Assembly (NCBI RefSeq): GCF_001194135.2
Contig: NC_068984.1
Span: forward strand, 10,794,601-10,858,600
DNA from: Octopus bimaculoides
Lineage: Eukaryota
Length of the DNA: 64,000 nucleotides
Reading direction: 5' to 3'
Shown: positions 12,336 through 24,623 of the stretch, in pieces
Layout: each line of letters opens with the position of its first letter
Numbering within the stretch: position 1 is the first letter of the stretch
Translations under genes and position numbers: made by a program
Notes under the pieces: model-generated
The model's input: the letters and a program-made list of their open reading frames with translations, nothing else
The model's database searches: none
Told to the model about the DNA's origin: nothing

Positions 12336-12856
12336 AAATTATATTGATATGATTGTCAGCCCTCCTTTGAACTTAATAACATTGCCCTCTTGTAGCTTCA
12401 GTTCTTTGCTGCTAATGCCATTTCAGCCATTACACGTTGACCTCTTAATCAAGCCATGTCAACGTTCTGTAATCACATGATTCCGAACTAAGTTAATAAA
12501 ACAGTGCTGTGCAGAAAATACGGATCAATAGATTTAATAATCATGGTGTTATTCCAGGACCTGCATCGAGAGGCATTTCTTCTTTCCCCCCCCCCTTCTT
12601 TTATCTTACTAGAGTCTAAACAAAACACTGGACTAAAATATATACAAGAAGTAGCAGCGGTGGTGGTGGTGGTGGTGATGATGATGATGATGATGATGAT
12701 GATAGACGGGTAGTCATGATGGGTATACTGGGCTTCGTATATTTTACCCCAGTGTCACTTTGATGGCATGCCCTACTCTCTCACTCAATAATAATAATAA
12801 TAGTAGTAGTAGTAGTAGTAGTAATAATAATAATAATAATGATAATAATAATAATA

Positions 12857-13135
12857 GAGGTAACTCGAATGTGGAATCTAAAAACAGAAACAATTCGTAT
12901 TATAGTAGGTGCCTTAGGTATAATAAAAAATTATTCAGGCAAATACATAACAAAAACACCAGGACTTACAAATATATATAACATACAGAAAATTGCACTA
13001 CTGGGTACTGCACACATCCTACGCAAAACACCTTCAATACAGTAAACATGAGAGCACCACAGCACATACCCAAGGCGCACAGAGCTGCGCTCGGTTGTGA
13101 AGTGAAAGCACATTATAAAAATAAAACTACTGAAC
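12857..13135 (+). mobile_element. 3' end of an R4/Dong-type (RLE) non-LTR retrotransposon
   Basis: EVTRMWNLKTETIRIIVGALGII..IQKIALLGTAHILRK* is an RLE C-terminal signature. A short 3' UTR follows, and (AAT)n flanks both sides. Confidence 0.8.
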
Positions 13136-13170
<35 letters not shown>

Positions 13171-13247
13171 TTGAGCCAGAGATGTCCAGTGACATTTCTA
13201 GTTTGCTCTTTTCAGTGATGAAATGAAGACTGCTCATCTGATTGGTG

Positions 13248-13281
<34 letters not shown>

Positions 13282-13440
13282 TAATGTGGAGGAGGAGGAA
13301 AAGGAGATCTGGTGAATGTGTGTATACTATGGGATTTTCCTCAGTNNNNNNNNNNCTTCAAAATTTTCTATGACAGTTACTGATATCACTACCAGATAGT
13401 TTGAGGTTTTCTTTTTTTTAATTGATGGCAGTTGCAATAG

Positions 13441-13486
<46 letters not shown>

Positions 13487-13773
13487 TGATGATGATGGCA
13501 GTGGTGATGATTATGATTTCATTTATTTGCCACAAGGGTGCAGGATGAGGGGGACAACACAAAACAGACAAGTGTTGTAATGTATTTAGTTGTATCTTGG
13601 GACGGTCATTTTGCCAATAATAAACACACACTGATTCTATTTCACCTCTTTTATTATTAATTATTAATTGGTTAGCTGATTAACCAGGTGTTGAGAGAGC
13701 TTGTCATTGAAGAGTTTGCAAATGGTGACGAAAAGATTTTAAGAAACATAATTGATTGATTAATCAAAGAATT

Positions 13774-14006
13774 GATTAGTTAATTGGTTAAATAGCTATA
13801 ATCATCATCATCATCATCATTTAATGTCCACTTTCTATGCTAGCATGGGTTGGACGATTTCAATGGGGACTGGCGAACCAGATGGCTACACCAGACTCCA
13901 ATCTGGTTCGCCAGTCCGCAGTCAAATCATCCAACCCATGCTAGCATGGATAGCAGACATTAAATGATGATGATGATGATTATAGCTATTAACCAATTAA
14001 CTAATC
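13774..14006. repeat. Large imperfect palindrome of two tail-out RTE tails plus inverted flanks
   Basis: Arms 13774-13883 and 13901-14006 with a 17-nt spacer. The flank GATTAGTTAATTGGTTAAATAGCTATAATC is mirrored on the right. Confidence 0.9.
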
Positions 14007-14757
14007 ACTATAATCATTATCATCATCATCATCATCATTTAACGTCCACTTTCCATGTTAGCATGGGTTGGACAATTTAACTGGGGACTGATGAATAATA
14101 AATAGAACCAGTGCATGTGTTTATTATTGTCATAACGACCCTCCCAAGATACACCAAAATATGCTTGGTGAGAAATCATGCTCAAAATCACTTCAAAATT
14201 ATGATTTATTGATGGAAACAAGCTGAGCTTAATTTGACAAACAATTGTTAACATTGAAGAAAATTTACTTTTGTCCATAAAACATCTGATTCTGCTAGCT
14301 TGATAATTCCTGCATTATCGCAGCCCCAGTTGCTTCCGATTAGAATTTAAATGGTAAACTCCTGCCTTTCATTACTCCTGTTGCATGCATTGATCTGAAA
14401 TTTAATGATGTATTTGACATGTCTTCAACATATTGAATATTCATCGGTTTTAGAATTACTACTGGCCAACTTATACAATCAGAAGAATTTTGGTATCGGT
14501 TGTCACTTTATATTGCAAAACCAAAATCAATTACTAGCATAGGCACAGGTATGGGTGTTTGGTTGAAAAATTTGCTTCTGAATCATGTAGCCTCAGGTTC
14601 AAACCCACACTGTGGCATCTTGAGTAGGTATCTTCTACTATAGACCCACGTCAACTAAGTCTTTAAAAGTGCATTTGATAGACAGAAACTGAAAGATGTG
14701 TGTGTCTACCTTGATATTCATTAGGGTTGTAAATGAGCATCACCATCACACAAGTGA

Positions 14758-15432
14758 TCATCATCATCATCATTTAACGTCTGCTTTCCATGCTAGCATG
14801 GGTTGGACGATTTGACTGAGAACTGGCGAACCAGATGACTACACCAGGCTCCAATATGATTTGGCAGAGTTTCTACAGCTGGATGCCCTTCCTAACGCCA
14901 ACCACTCCGATAGTGTAGCGGGTACTTTTTACATGCCACTGGCAACAGCCATGCTCAAATGGTTTTTTTTTCACGTGCCACCTGCACAGGAGTCAGTCCA
15001 ATGTTTTTTTCACATGCCACAGGCACAGGTGCCAGTAAGGCGAAGCTGGAAACGACCACATTCAAATAGTGCCTTTTATATGCCACCGGCACGGAAGCGA
15101 GGCTGCTGCTTTGGCAGTGATCCCACTCAGATGGTGCTGTCAGCGCTCCACTGGCATGGGTGCCAGTCATCGAATTTGGTTCAGTTTCGAATTCACTTGC
15201 CTGAACAGGTCTTTGCAAGCAGGGTTTTGTGTCCAAAGAAGGAAAGGTACGCATAAGTGGGCTGGCTACACCCCTGGTAAAGGCCATGGGTTATGGTCTC
15301 ACTTGTCTTGCCAGATCTTCTCACGCACAGCATATTTCCAAAGGTCTCGGTCACAAGTCATTGCCTCAGTGAGGCTTAATGTTCACAGGTCGTGCTTCAC
15401 CACCTCATCCCATGTCTTCCTGGGTCTACCTC
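14758..15432 (-). mobile_element. RTE family 1, 3' fragment (ORF end, UTR, tail)
   Basis: Minus strand reads RGRPRKTWDEVVKHDL*TLSLTEAMTCDRDLWKYAV, then UTR VNTR, tail and (GAT)n. Confidence 0.85.
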
Positions 15433-16772
15433 TGATTTATAATTATCGCCAAATATTCATAAAATTAGCTATAGTTCTTCAGATAAAGTATTTTTGTTCG
15501 CCAGTCCCCAGTCAAATCGTCCAACCCATGCTAGCATGAAAAACGGACGTTAAATGATGATGACATTGATTAAAACATGTGGATTTCTACTATGTCTACC
15601 ATTTGATTTAATAGAAATCCTGAATTCAATACCTCAACCACTTATGAATGTAGATATAAAACCAAAAAGCAGTGCAGCACCCATGACCTTCAGAAATATT
15701 TTCTCACATACAGAATAATCAAAGCATTGAATAAACCATCCTCATCAGTTGTTTGCTGTCAGGGCACTGTATTCCTTCAAGAATTCCATCCTGACATTCC
15801 TATGCATTCTTTCCTCCTCTTTTATGGTTCTTTTATTGTTCACTCTTCTATCTTCTTGTGTTTCATCCTGTGAACTGTGCTGTCTTCCTTGGCTTTTGTT
15901 GCATTATCTCCCCTTTTTTCACTCATTTGCAACAGGTTGTCGTGCACCTGTATACAATAAGCTCATTATTATAGCTTGGATGTAAATATTGTAAATATAC
16001 TCTCTAAAGATAAACAGTCTAAAGCAAATTATAATTTTATAAACTGTAGTTGAAAATTCCTGACGGAATTGTAGATATTGACAATAATCCATTTCCAATA
16101 TCAGGTAATTTATTATATTTTCCCTATGCTAACTGGCATATACATTTTCTTTCATTTTATCTTTTCAAATATATTACATTTGAAACGATAAAATGAGAGA
16201 AAATGCATTTGCAAGTTAACATATGAAAAATATATTATATTTGAGCTTGTTGATGCTTTTAACTCTGCAGTAAAAAGTTAACACCATAGAAAAACAATTT
16301 CTTTTTATATCCGATGTGTTTTGGTGAGGAAAAGAAAGAATTAGTTAGATGACTGAATAACAGAGAATTATTTCATTGGTGCTAGAGATCTGAAATGTGA
16401 GGCAATTTAGGAAATAAAATAGTGTAAATAAAGTAATATGATTTTCTGTCTTCTGTAATAAAGAAATATCTGTCCACTTGTCTTCATGTAATCCCTTGTG
16501 TATTGAAACACCTTCTCTCCTCTTTAGAACATAATTATTTAATTATTTGGATTATATATATATATAATGATGAAAACCATGCCAAAACAGGCCTCACCAG
16601 TGCTGGTGTCACATAAAAAGCACCCGGTCTTTAAAGTAGTTGACCTTAGAAAGGGCATTCAGCTGTAAAAATCATGCCAAAATTGAATGTTTGGTGCAGT
16701 CCTCTGGCTTACCAGCTCCTGTCAAACCATCAAACCTGTGCCAGCATGAGAAACAGGCGTTAAATGATGATG

Positions 16773-16809
<37 letters not shown>

Positions 16810-16837
16810 TACACACACATTCACACACACACATCTG

Positions 16838-17155
16838 AAGGCACATGGCTCAGTAGTTTTGAGCATTGAGCTTATGATTGTGAAGTTGTGAGTTTGATTC
16901 CTGGACTAGGCTGTGTTCTTGAGCAAGACACTTTATTTCATGTTGCTTCAGTTCACTCAGCTGTAGAAATGAGTTGTGACATCACAGGTGCCAAAGGCCC
17001 CTTTGCCTTTACCTTGGATAACATCGGTGGTGTGGAGAGAGAAAGCTGGTATGCACGGGTGACTGCTGGTCTTCCATAATCAACCTTGCCCGGACTTGTG
17101 CCTGGGAGGGTAACTTTGTAGGTGAAATCCCATGGTCATTCATGACCAAAGGGTC
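16838..17155 (+). mobile_element. Family D SINE head with a second body type
   Basis: tRNA-like head and TGTGTTCTTGAGCAAGACACTTT..CACTCAGCTGTAGAAATGAGT. The body diverges from 6778-7065. Confidence 0.6.
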
Positions 17156-17168
17156 TCAATATATGTAT

Positions 17169-17201
<33 letters not shown>

Positions 17202-18552
17202 TTTTGATATTCATGTATCTAAATGATGATATAAGAGAGTTGGTTTGTGTTCTATCATTGATGCAGGGTCTGTTGACAATATAAAATATTTTGTCCAATT
17301 AACAAATGTAAATGTGTAATAATTATTGTCAATTAGAAACAGTGAGACAGCAAGCATTAGAAGTTAAAGCCAACTGCCGATCCTGTATTCAAATCCTTAC
17401 TCGTTTACTTTCTAATTACTTTGTGCACAATCTTCAACAATCTTTTGATTCTTAAAAATTGTCTGAAGAGAAAAGAAAAAAAAAATATCAAATGGTTTGG
17501 AAGATGAGGTGGGGAGATAACTAATCTCTCAACCTCACCCTGAAAGAAAAAATGCTAATGAGGGTCAAAGAAAGTGTTGTTAAAAGACACAGAACTAAAC
17601 AATCTATGCTATAATTGGGAAATTGATCTTACATTAGTGATAATAGCAGTGCTGATTTCATGATAAAAAAAACGTCTGTATTTGAATTATTTATTTATTG
17701 TTATATTACTGTTTGTTCATATAATACATTGTTTACCTAATATATATTCCGCTTTTTGTTTTCTCAATGCAATCTAATTCTTGTCATTAGTTGTAAAATT
17801 AGTCATGATATCTTTGTGGTTTGGCTAAAGTTACATTCCTATCAGCAAGCATATGATTAGAAATTTGCTGCTAATGACCTAATTAACACTCTGTATAAAG
17901 ACTCTAACACTGTTGTCTCATTCATAATGTACACGAGACTTTGGAATACGTGTATATGTTTCTGTCACCAACATTTCACTTGAAGCTGATTTTGTCTCTG
18001 CTGACGCTAATCTTAAATATTCTGGAGATATATGTTTCCCCTTCATTTCAAATATTTTGAATTACGAAACGTCCCTTTCAATAAACTCTGATCTCTCATT
18101 GTTTATTGTCGTAACAAGAACACTCAGGTAAGTTTATCTTTTGCAAGCATCAAGTTATTTGTTCACATAGCACCAAAGATTTCATTTGTTAGCTTATCTA
18201 ATGATGATGGACAGTACCAAGAGACTTCTTCGATCTTTTTAGATTTTGAAAATAAGACAAATGAGTAATGTTCCTTTATTTGAATTGTAGATTAATGTAT
18301 GTTATTCATGGAGGGGGAACGGTGAGTGCTTCAAAGAAGTGTAAATTTACAAAATTGAGAAAATTGAGTTTGAAATGAAGGATTTAAAGGAAGTAATTGT
18401 CAGGAAAGAAGTAGATGGTGTTTAGGTAATTGAAGTATAAAATCTGTGAGTTAAGAAACCATTGTAGAAGTGATGGTAGAGAAAAGAAATAGGAAACATT
18501 TTTTTTTTTACTGTCACTTTGGAATTGAAGAGTGGTATAGAAAACTGAAGAC

Positions 18553-18780
18553 TTAAACCCTTTCGTTACTGTATTTATTTTGAGATGCTCTGTGTTTCTG
18601 TCAATTACTTTAAATATAACAAAGAATTTAGTAAAATAACTTAGTTATCATTCAGCTAGTGTTAGGAACAAAAATTGTGACTAAGGTTTGGTGGAAGATT
18701 TTAATTCAGAACTTTTGTAAACAAGACATTTGTACTCAGAGCCAGAGCAGGTTTCAGCTGGGTTGGTAATGAAAGGGTAA
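18553..18780. mobile_element. piggyBac-like MITE
   Basis: Ends TTAAACCCTTTCGTTAC / GTAATGAAAGGGTAA, i.e. TTAA-(A)CCC..GGG termini. Related to 29157-29352. Confidence 0.55.
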
Positions 18781-19009
18781 CTGTCAACTAAATGGCTTTT
18801 TGTTTTCTATCTCTGCTCCCTCTATCACAGATGCATGAGCAATATTTAAGCCAAGGGAATATTTTATTATTGTGAAGGATTAACAACTGTTCAGGGTTGA
18901 ATTATTGTCTGACCTTGATTAAGAATCCGATTTTCAAAATGTATTCTTGGTTATCTGTAATCTGTGAAATCATCAATGCTGCCACAATATTTTAGAGCAA
19001 ATAAAATAA

Positions 19010-20345
19010 ACCAAAGTCTTAATAAGTAGGAAGGCAGACAAACCACAAATCCCTTCAGGCAGACGGCCCTGCTTGATTTGTAAAAAAGGCGTAGGTAGAA
19101 ACTCCATAAGATGTACCCACTATAAGCTATGGACACATAAGAGGTGCAGCAATATCAAAGGAAGGCTAACTGAGAAGATAGTTTTTGTGTGTGTCAGATG
19201 CTCAAGGGCAATAAACGCTGAAAATGTGCAGAGAAAAGCTTCTGTCACATTCCAGGGAGAAAAACTACAAGTAGTTGATAGCTTCCGCTATCTGGGTGAC
19301 CAAGTCAGTAGTGGGGGTAGATGCTCTGAGAGTGTAGCTGCTAGAATAAGAATAGCATGGGCAAAGTTCAGAGAGCTCCTACCTCTGCTGGCGACAAAGG
19401 GCCTCTTGCTCAGAGTAAAAGGCACACTGTATGATGCATGTGTACGAACAGCCATGCTACATGGAAGTGAAACATGGGCTGTGACTGTTGAGGACATGTG
19501 TAAGCATGGATGTGTAATGTCCATGTGAATAAACGACAGAGTGCAAGCTCTCTGAGAGAAAAGTTGGATTTAAGAAGCATCAGATGTGGTGTGCAAGAGA
19601 GACGACTGTGCTGGTATGGTCATGTATTGCGAATGAATGAGGACAGCTGTGTGAAAAAGTGTCACACCCTAGCAGTTGAGAGAACCTGTGGAAGAGGTAG
19701 ACCCATGAAAACCTGGGATGAGGTGGTGAAGCATGACCTTCGAACATTGGGCCTTACCAAAGCAATGATTAATGACTGAGACCTTTGGAGATATGCTGTG
19801 CTTGAGAAGACCCAACAAGCCAAGGCCTATACCAGTGGGTGTAACCAGCCCACTTATGAATACCCCTCATTCGTTGGACAATAAACTTTGCTTGCGAAGA
19901 CCTATTGAGGCAAGTGAAATCAAATCCAAATCGCTGACATGGCTGATGACAGTACCGCCTGATTGGCACTCATGCCCGAGCATGATTGTTGCCAGGACCA
20001 CGGATTGGCTTCTGTGCCAGTGGCACGTAAAAAGCGCCATTCGAGCATGATCATTGTCATCGTCGCCTTACTGGCACATGTGCCGGTGGCATGTGGAAAA
20101 CAACTTTCGAGCGTAGTTGTTGCCAGTGGCTCCCATGCTGCTGGCACATAAAAAGCACCCACTACACTCTCAGAGTGGTTGGCATTAGGAAGGACATCTA
20201 GCTGTAGAAACTTCACCAGATCAGATTGAGCCTGGTTCAGCCTCTGACTCACTAGTCCTCAGTCAAACCGTCCAACCCATGCCAGCATGGAAAATGGACG
20301 TTAGACGATGATGATGATGATGATAATGACGATGACGACGACGAT
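19010..20345 (+). mobile_element. 5'-truncated RTE-clade LINE (family 1): RT C-terminal part with PHD-like finger, 3' UTR VNTR, tail
   Basis: TKVLISRK..CLIC..HKRC..CVRC..VVDSFRYLGD..RIRIAWAKFREL..LYDACVRTAMLHGSETW, a frameshifting deletion near 19500, then RRLCWYGHVLRM..GRGRPMKTWDEVVKHDL, the UTR and (GAT)n. Confidence 0.92.
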
Positions 20346-21049
20346 TCCTTTTTTGCATGGTACTGTTTCAAGGTAGTCCTTTATTCATAAAAGTGCATTC
20401 ATACTGAAAGTTTCTCATCTAGAACAATTTTCTTTTTCTTTCTGTGAGATTAGTTGATGTAGAAAATATTATTTCAACTCTCACTGAGTGGAAAGACACA
20501 TTTGTCATTAATTTTGTCAAATATAATTTGTATTCTCTTTGGCACTTTTCTTGCAAAATGTTTTACTAATGTCTTTCCTTTTCTGACACAAATGGTGTTT
20601 TATACAATAGCATATATCATTAATAAACAGACATTGTATTGTGTGCCAAAAAATGTGAGATTTAAATATAGCACTCTTAAGGAACATAATTTACGCATTC
20701 CCCCTATATATATGTACATCATCATCATCTGTTTTCCATGCTGGCATGGGTTGGACAGTTTACCTGTGGACTGGCAAGCCAGTAGGCTACACCAGACTCC
20801 AATCATATAAATATATATTCTTTTATTCAACAAGACATTGTGTTTATCCGAAATGGAGACAAGCACCATTCCTCCATGTGATCAGCTTGAAAAAATGCTA
20901 AGATGTTTCCCTATTATTCTTAACATGGAACCAATGGTAGCCTAAATTCACAAATAAAGAAACTCTATCCACTAATGTTGTGTTGAGCACTCATTTTCAT
21001 CATTCAACATTTACATATACACACATACATACACGCACACACACACATA

Positions 21050-21245
21050 TATATATGCCACTGAACTCTACATGTTTTTTTTCATTCCTTCTCTATTTAT
21101 TTCCTCTTATTCTTTTCTATCAAAGAGTATAAGGCTTGAAATGTAAAAAACTTTTCCATTTTTCTCGTGTATCAAACTAATACAGTTGCTTGTTGTCCCT
21201 ACACCTGTCTTTGTCTTTTGTTATTCTATAAATTTAAACTATATA
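21050..21245 (+). mobile_element. Degraded Penelope-like terminal-repeat fragment
   Basis: TCTTTTCTATCAAAGAGTATAAGGCTTGAAATGTAAAAAAC and the downstream ACACCTGTCTTTGTCTTTTG align to the 12200 and 54600 copies. Confidence 0.5.
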
Positions 21246-21248
21246 TGT

Positions 21249-21655
21249 GTGCAGGAGTGGCTGTGATAAGTAGCTAGCTTACCAAGCACATGGTTCTGGG
21301 TTCAGTCCCACTGTGTGGCACCTTGGGCAAGTGTCTTCTACTATATATAGCCTTGGGCCCACCAAAGCCTTGTGAGTGGATTTGGTAGACGGAAACTGAA
21401 AGAAGCCCATTGTATATATGTATATATATGTGTGTGTGTGTACATGTTTGTGTGTCTGTGTTTGTCCCCCCAACACCACTTGACAACCGATGGTGGTGTG
21501 TGTATGTCCCCGTAACTTAGCGGTTCGGCAAAAGAGACCGATAGAATAAGTACTAGCCTTACAAAGAATAAGTCCTGGGGTTGATTTGCTCGACTAAAGG
21601 CGGTACTCCAGCATGGCCTCAGTCAAATGACTGAAACAAGTAAAAGAATAAAAGA
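21249..21655 (+). mobile_element. Near-intact family B SINE (tRNA head, CORE-like segment, internal TA/TG microsatellite, 3' AAAAGAAT repeats)
   Basis: A box TGGCTGTG, B box GGTTCAGTCCC, CACCTTGGGCAAGTGTCTT. Further copies at about 1-90, 24430-24960, 28710-29100 (-), 31390-31695, 34130-34275, 36255-36645, 42775-43075, 44530-44960, 49965-50105 (-), 51500-51890 (-) and 52030-52430 (-). Confidence 0.85.
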
Positions 21656-21695
21656 NNNNNNNNNNNNNNNNNNNNNNNNNNNNNNNNNNNNNTAT

Positions 21696-21728
<33 letters not shown>

Positions 21729-23249
21729 GAGAAAGAGTATGGGATTTATAGTAGTACTTCTATGGTTCTTTACAGAAAGTTTATGTCTGAGCAAAAAAAT
21801 GTCATTGCATTTTTTTTTTTTTGTTTTGTTGTGTTTCATTTTCTACTTTTAATTCATTATAAATCAATTCTCTTCATCTTAATTGACAGCTAATTATGCC
21901 TCCAACCAAAATCAAACTACCATTTAACCTCTATGATGTTAGAATTTGCTAAAAAAAAAAAAATAAGAGAGCTCTCTAATTTAACCCTCAATCACATATT
22001 TCCCTTTATTTGCGAATTGTTTTCTCCCTTTTAAGGTCCATTTGAAGAATCTGAATTTCTGTTTGTCTTTTATTTCCTTATACCACCATGCTACCTTTTC
22101 TCAATTATTATTATTATTATTATTAGTATTAATGTTATTATTATTATTATTATTATTATTGATTTTGTTGATGACTGTTTAGTGTTTTAGTAGCAACTAG
22201 CAGAGATACCAACGTTGCTATGGATTCAAATGGGATACTTTGTATATCTGGTACAGTTAAGTTGAAACATGTAATACAAGGTAGTGCAGCATTGACAACA
22301 AAACATTTGTGGAATAAATGAAGGGCTAATTCGACTAATTGACATGTCACGTATCTGTTTGGAAGATTCCAGGCCTTAACCTTGTCATGGAAAAGTGGGT
22401 GGGGGAGGGTATGTGATTTTTGAATGCACCAAAAAGCTCTCAGTTGATATACTCTCCTGTGGCTATTGGTGCTGCCACTACTGCGCTGAACAATCAGCAG
22501 ACCTAGGAACTAAAACTATGTGATAAATTAAGCCTGTGGGCGTGCTCAACAACACTACATGAGAGAAATCTACATGAAAGAAATGACGTAGTAAGCGGGT
22601 AGGGATTAGCAAAGAAGCACTTGAAAACAACACTGTCATGTGATATTTCGGTTTGGCTCAACCATGCACTCCTTTGTGTAGACAGCATGCAACTATTGTG
22701 AGGTCAACTCAGCTCCCAAACGGAAACAATTCTATATGCAGCATCTGGGCACACAAGGTCACATTAAGGACACAGTCTCTAACTAACATGATTGGGCCTT
22801 AGACACCATAAATTAATCGGTTAATGTACATGTGATATTTCGGTTTGTAATCAACAGCTGAAGAATATTTGCATGGGTTTCGTCTATGCTTAGAAGAAAG
22901 ACTTTGATACTGAAGCAAAAAGGATTTAACAAAATTTAGCATATTTTTCTTAATAAACATGGTGCATGCAGGTTTACATATGCACACACACATACATCCT
23001 CAATTTTATATATATAAAATATGATATAATATATAGAGAGTTATGGAAATTAACATAAGTATATCATCAAGAGTAATGTCCCTTGAACCAATGAGGCAAC
23101 CAAGTCATGTGATAGATAGTTTGTATTGTTTTCCCAGGAAAGGGGGTTTTCCATCTCTAGAACATAAGTAATGTATGTTCCCAGTTTGGAGAAAATCAGT
23201 TTCAAACTTCAGAAGTTCTGCAGGCTTACACTCACATGCATGCATGCAT

Positions 23250-23288
<39 letters not shown>

Positions 23289-23304
23289 CAGTTTTATATA
23301 TATT

Positions 23305-23635
23305 AGGCCGGTGGCACGTGAAAAGACATTCAAGCGAGATTGTTGCCAGTGCCGGTGGACTGGCTCCTGTGCAGGCAGCACGTAAAACACACCATTTTGA
23401 ACGTGGCCATTGCTAGTACCGCCTGACTGGCCCTCGTGCCGGTGGCACATAAAAAACATCCACTACGCTCTCGGAGTGGTTGGCATTAGGAAGGGCATCC
23501 AGCTGTAGAAACTTTGCCAGATCAGATTGGAGCCTGGTGCAGCCTTCTGGCTTGCCAGACCTCAGTCAAACCATCCAACCCATGCTAGCATGGAAAGCAG
23601 GCGTTAAAAAACGACGATGGTGATGATGATGATGA
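23305..23635 (+). mobile_element. RTE 3' UTR fragment (three VNTR units plus tail)
   Basis: Same units and tail as 19950-20345. Confidence 0.8.
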
Positions 23636-24574
23636 ATTGATTTATTTCTAACATAAGTACAAAGTTTCATTATTGAAGAAAAGGGTGCAATTAATTTAGT
23701 AAACCCCTACTTAGTACCTGACTTGTACTCTGGATGGGAAGGCAAAGTCAACTTCTGAAGGAAACGAATGCAAAGATACATAACTAATCAACTGACAAAT
23801 AATTAACAAGGAATTAATGAAAGAGCTGTCAGCTCTTTCATTTTTTTTTTTTTTCTGATTATAATCTTTACTACCGTAGGCACAAGGCACAAAATTTTGG
23901 GGGAGAGGGCCAATCAATTAGATCAACCCAGTATGCAACTGGTACTTAATTTATTGACCCTGAAAAGCTGAAAGGCAAAGTCAACCTCGGCAGAATTTGA
24001 GCTCAGAACATAAAGACAGATGACATACCACTTAGCATTTCACCCGGCATGCTAACGTTTCTGCCAGCTCGCCGCCTTTTTCCTGATTATAATGATGTCA
24101 TAAACACCTTTAACCTACACACTGGAGATGATCACCCTCCAATAGCAAATGGTGACAGCTGAATAGAACTCCTCAGTTCTCTGGTTCTTGCAAAAGTTAT
24201 TTCACTGATGCTGTGCTTGAGAAGACCCATCAAGCCAAGTGGAACCATAGTCATGCCAATGCTGGTGTCACGTAACTGGCACCTGTGCCAGTGGCACGTA
24301 AAGAGAACCTTTTGAGCTTTGGGCCTCACAGTGGCAAAGTGGCTGAGTTCCTTTTTTTGTTTAACTTTTTATTCATGAAAATGAATTTTGCTTCCTAAAC
24401 TAAGCAAGATGGGCTCTGGGAAACCACATAGGCATTGCTGTGTGGTTAAGAAGCTCACTTTTGTGACCATGTCATTTCAGGTTCAGGTCTAATGTGCCGG
24501 ACACACTATATTCTTAGACTGACCAATACCTTGTGAGTAAATTTAGTAGTTGGAAACTATGTGGAAGCCTGTCA

Positions 24575-24582
24575 TCTGTCTG

Positions 24583-24623
<41 letters not shown>

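Noticed and set aside
16075-16104. In-frame 30-nt plus-strand microexon candidate (YIDNNPFPISG)
   Set aside because: No polypyrimidine tract, and it would interrupt the conserved VPCTTR motif. It needs RNA-seq support.
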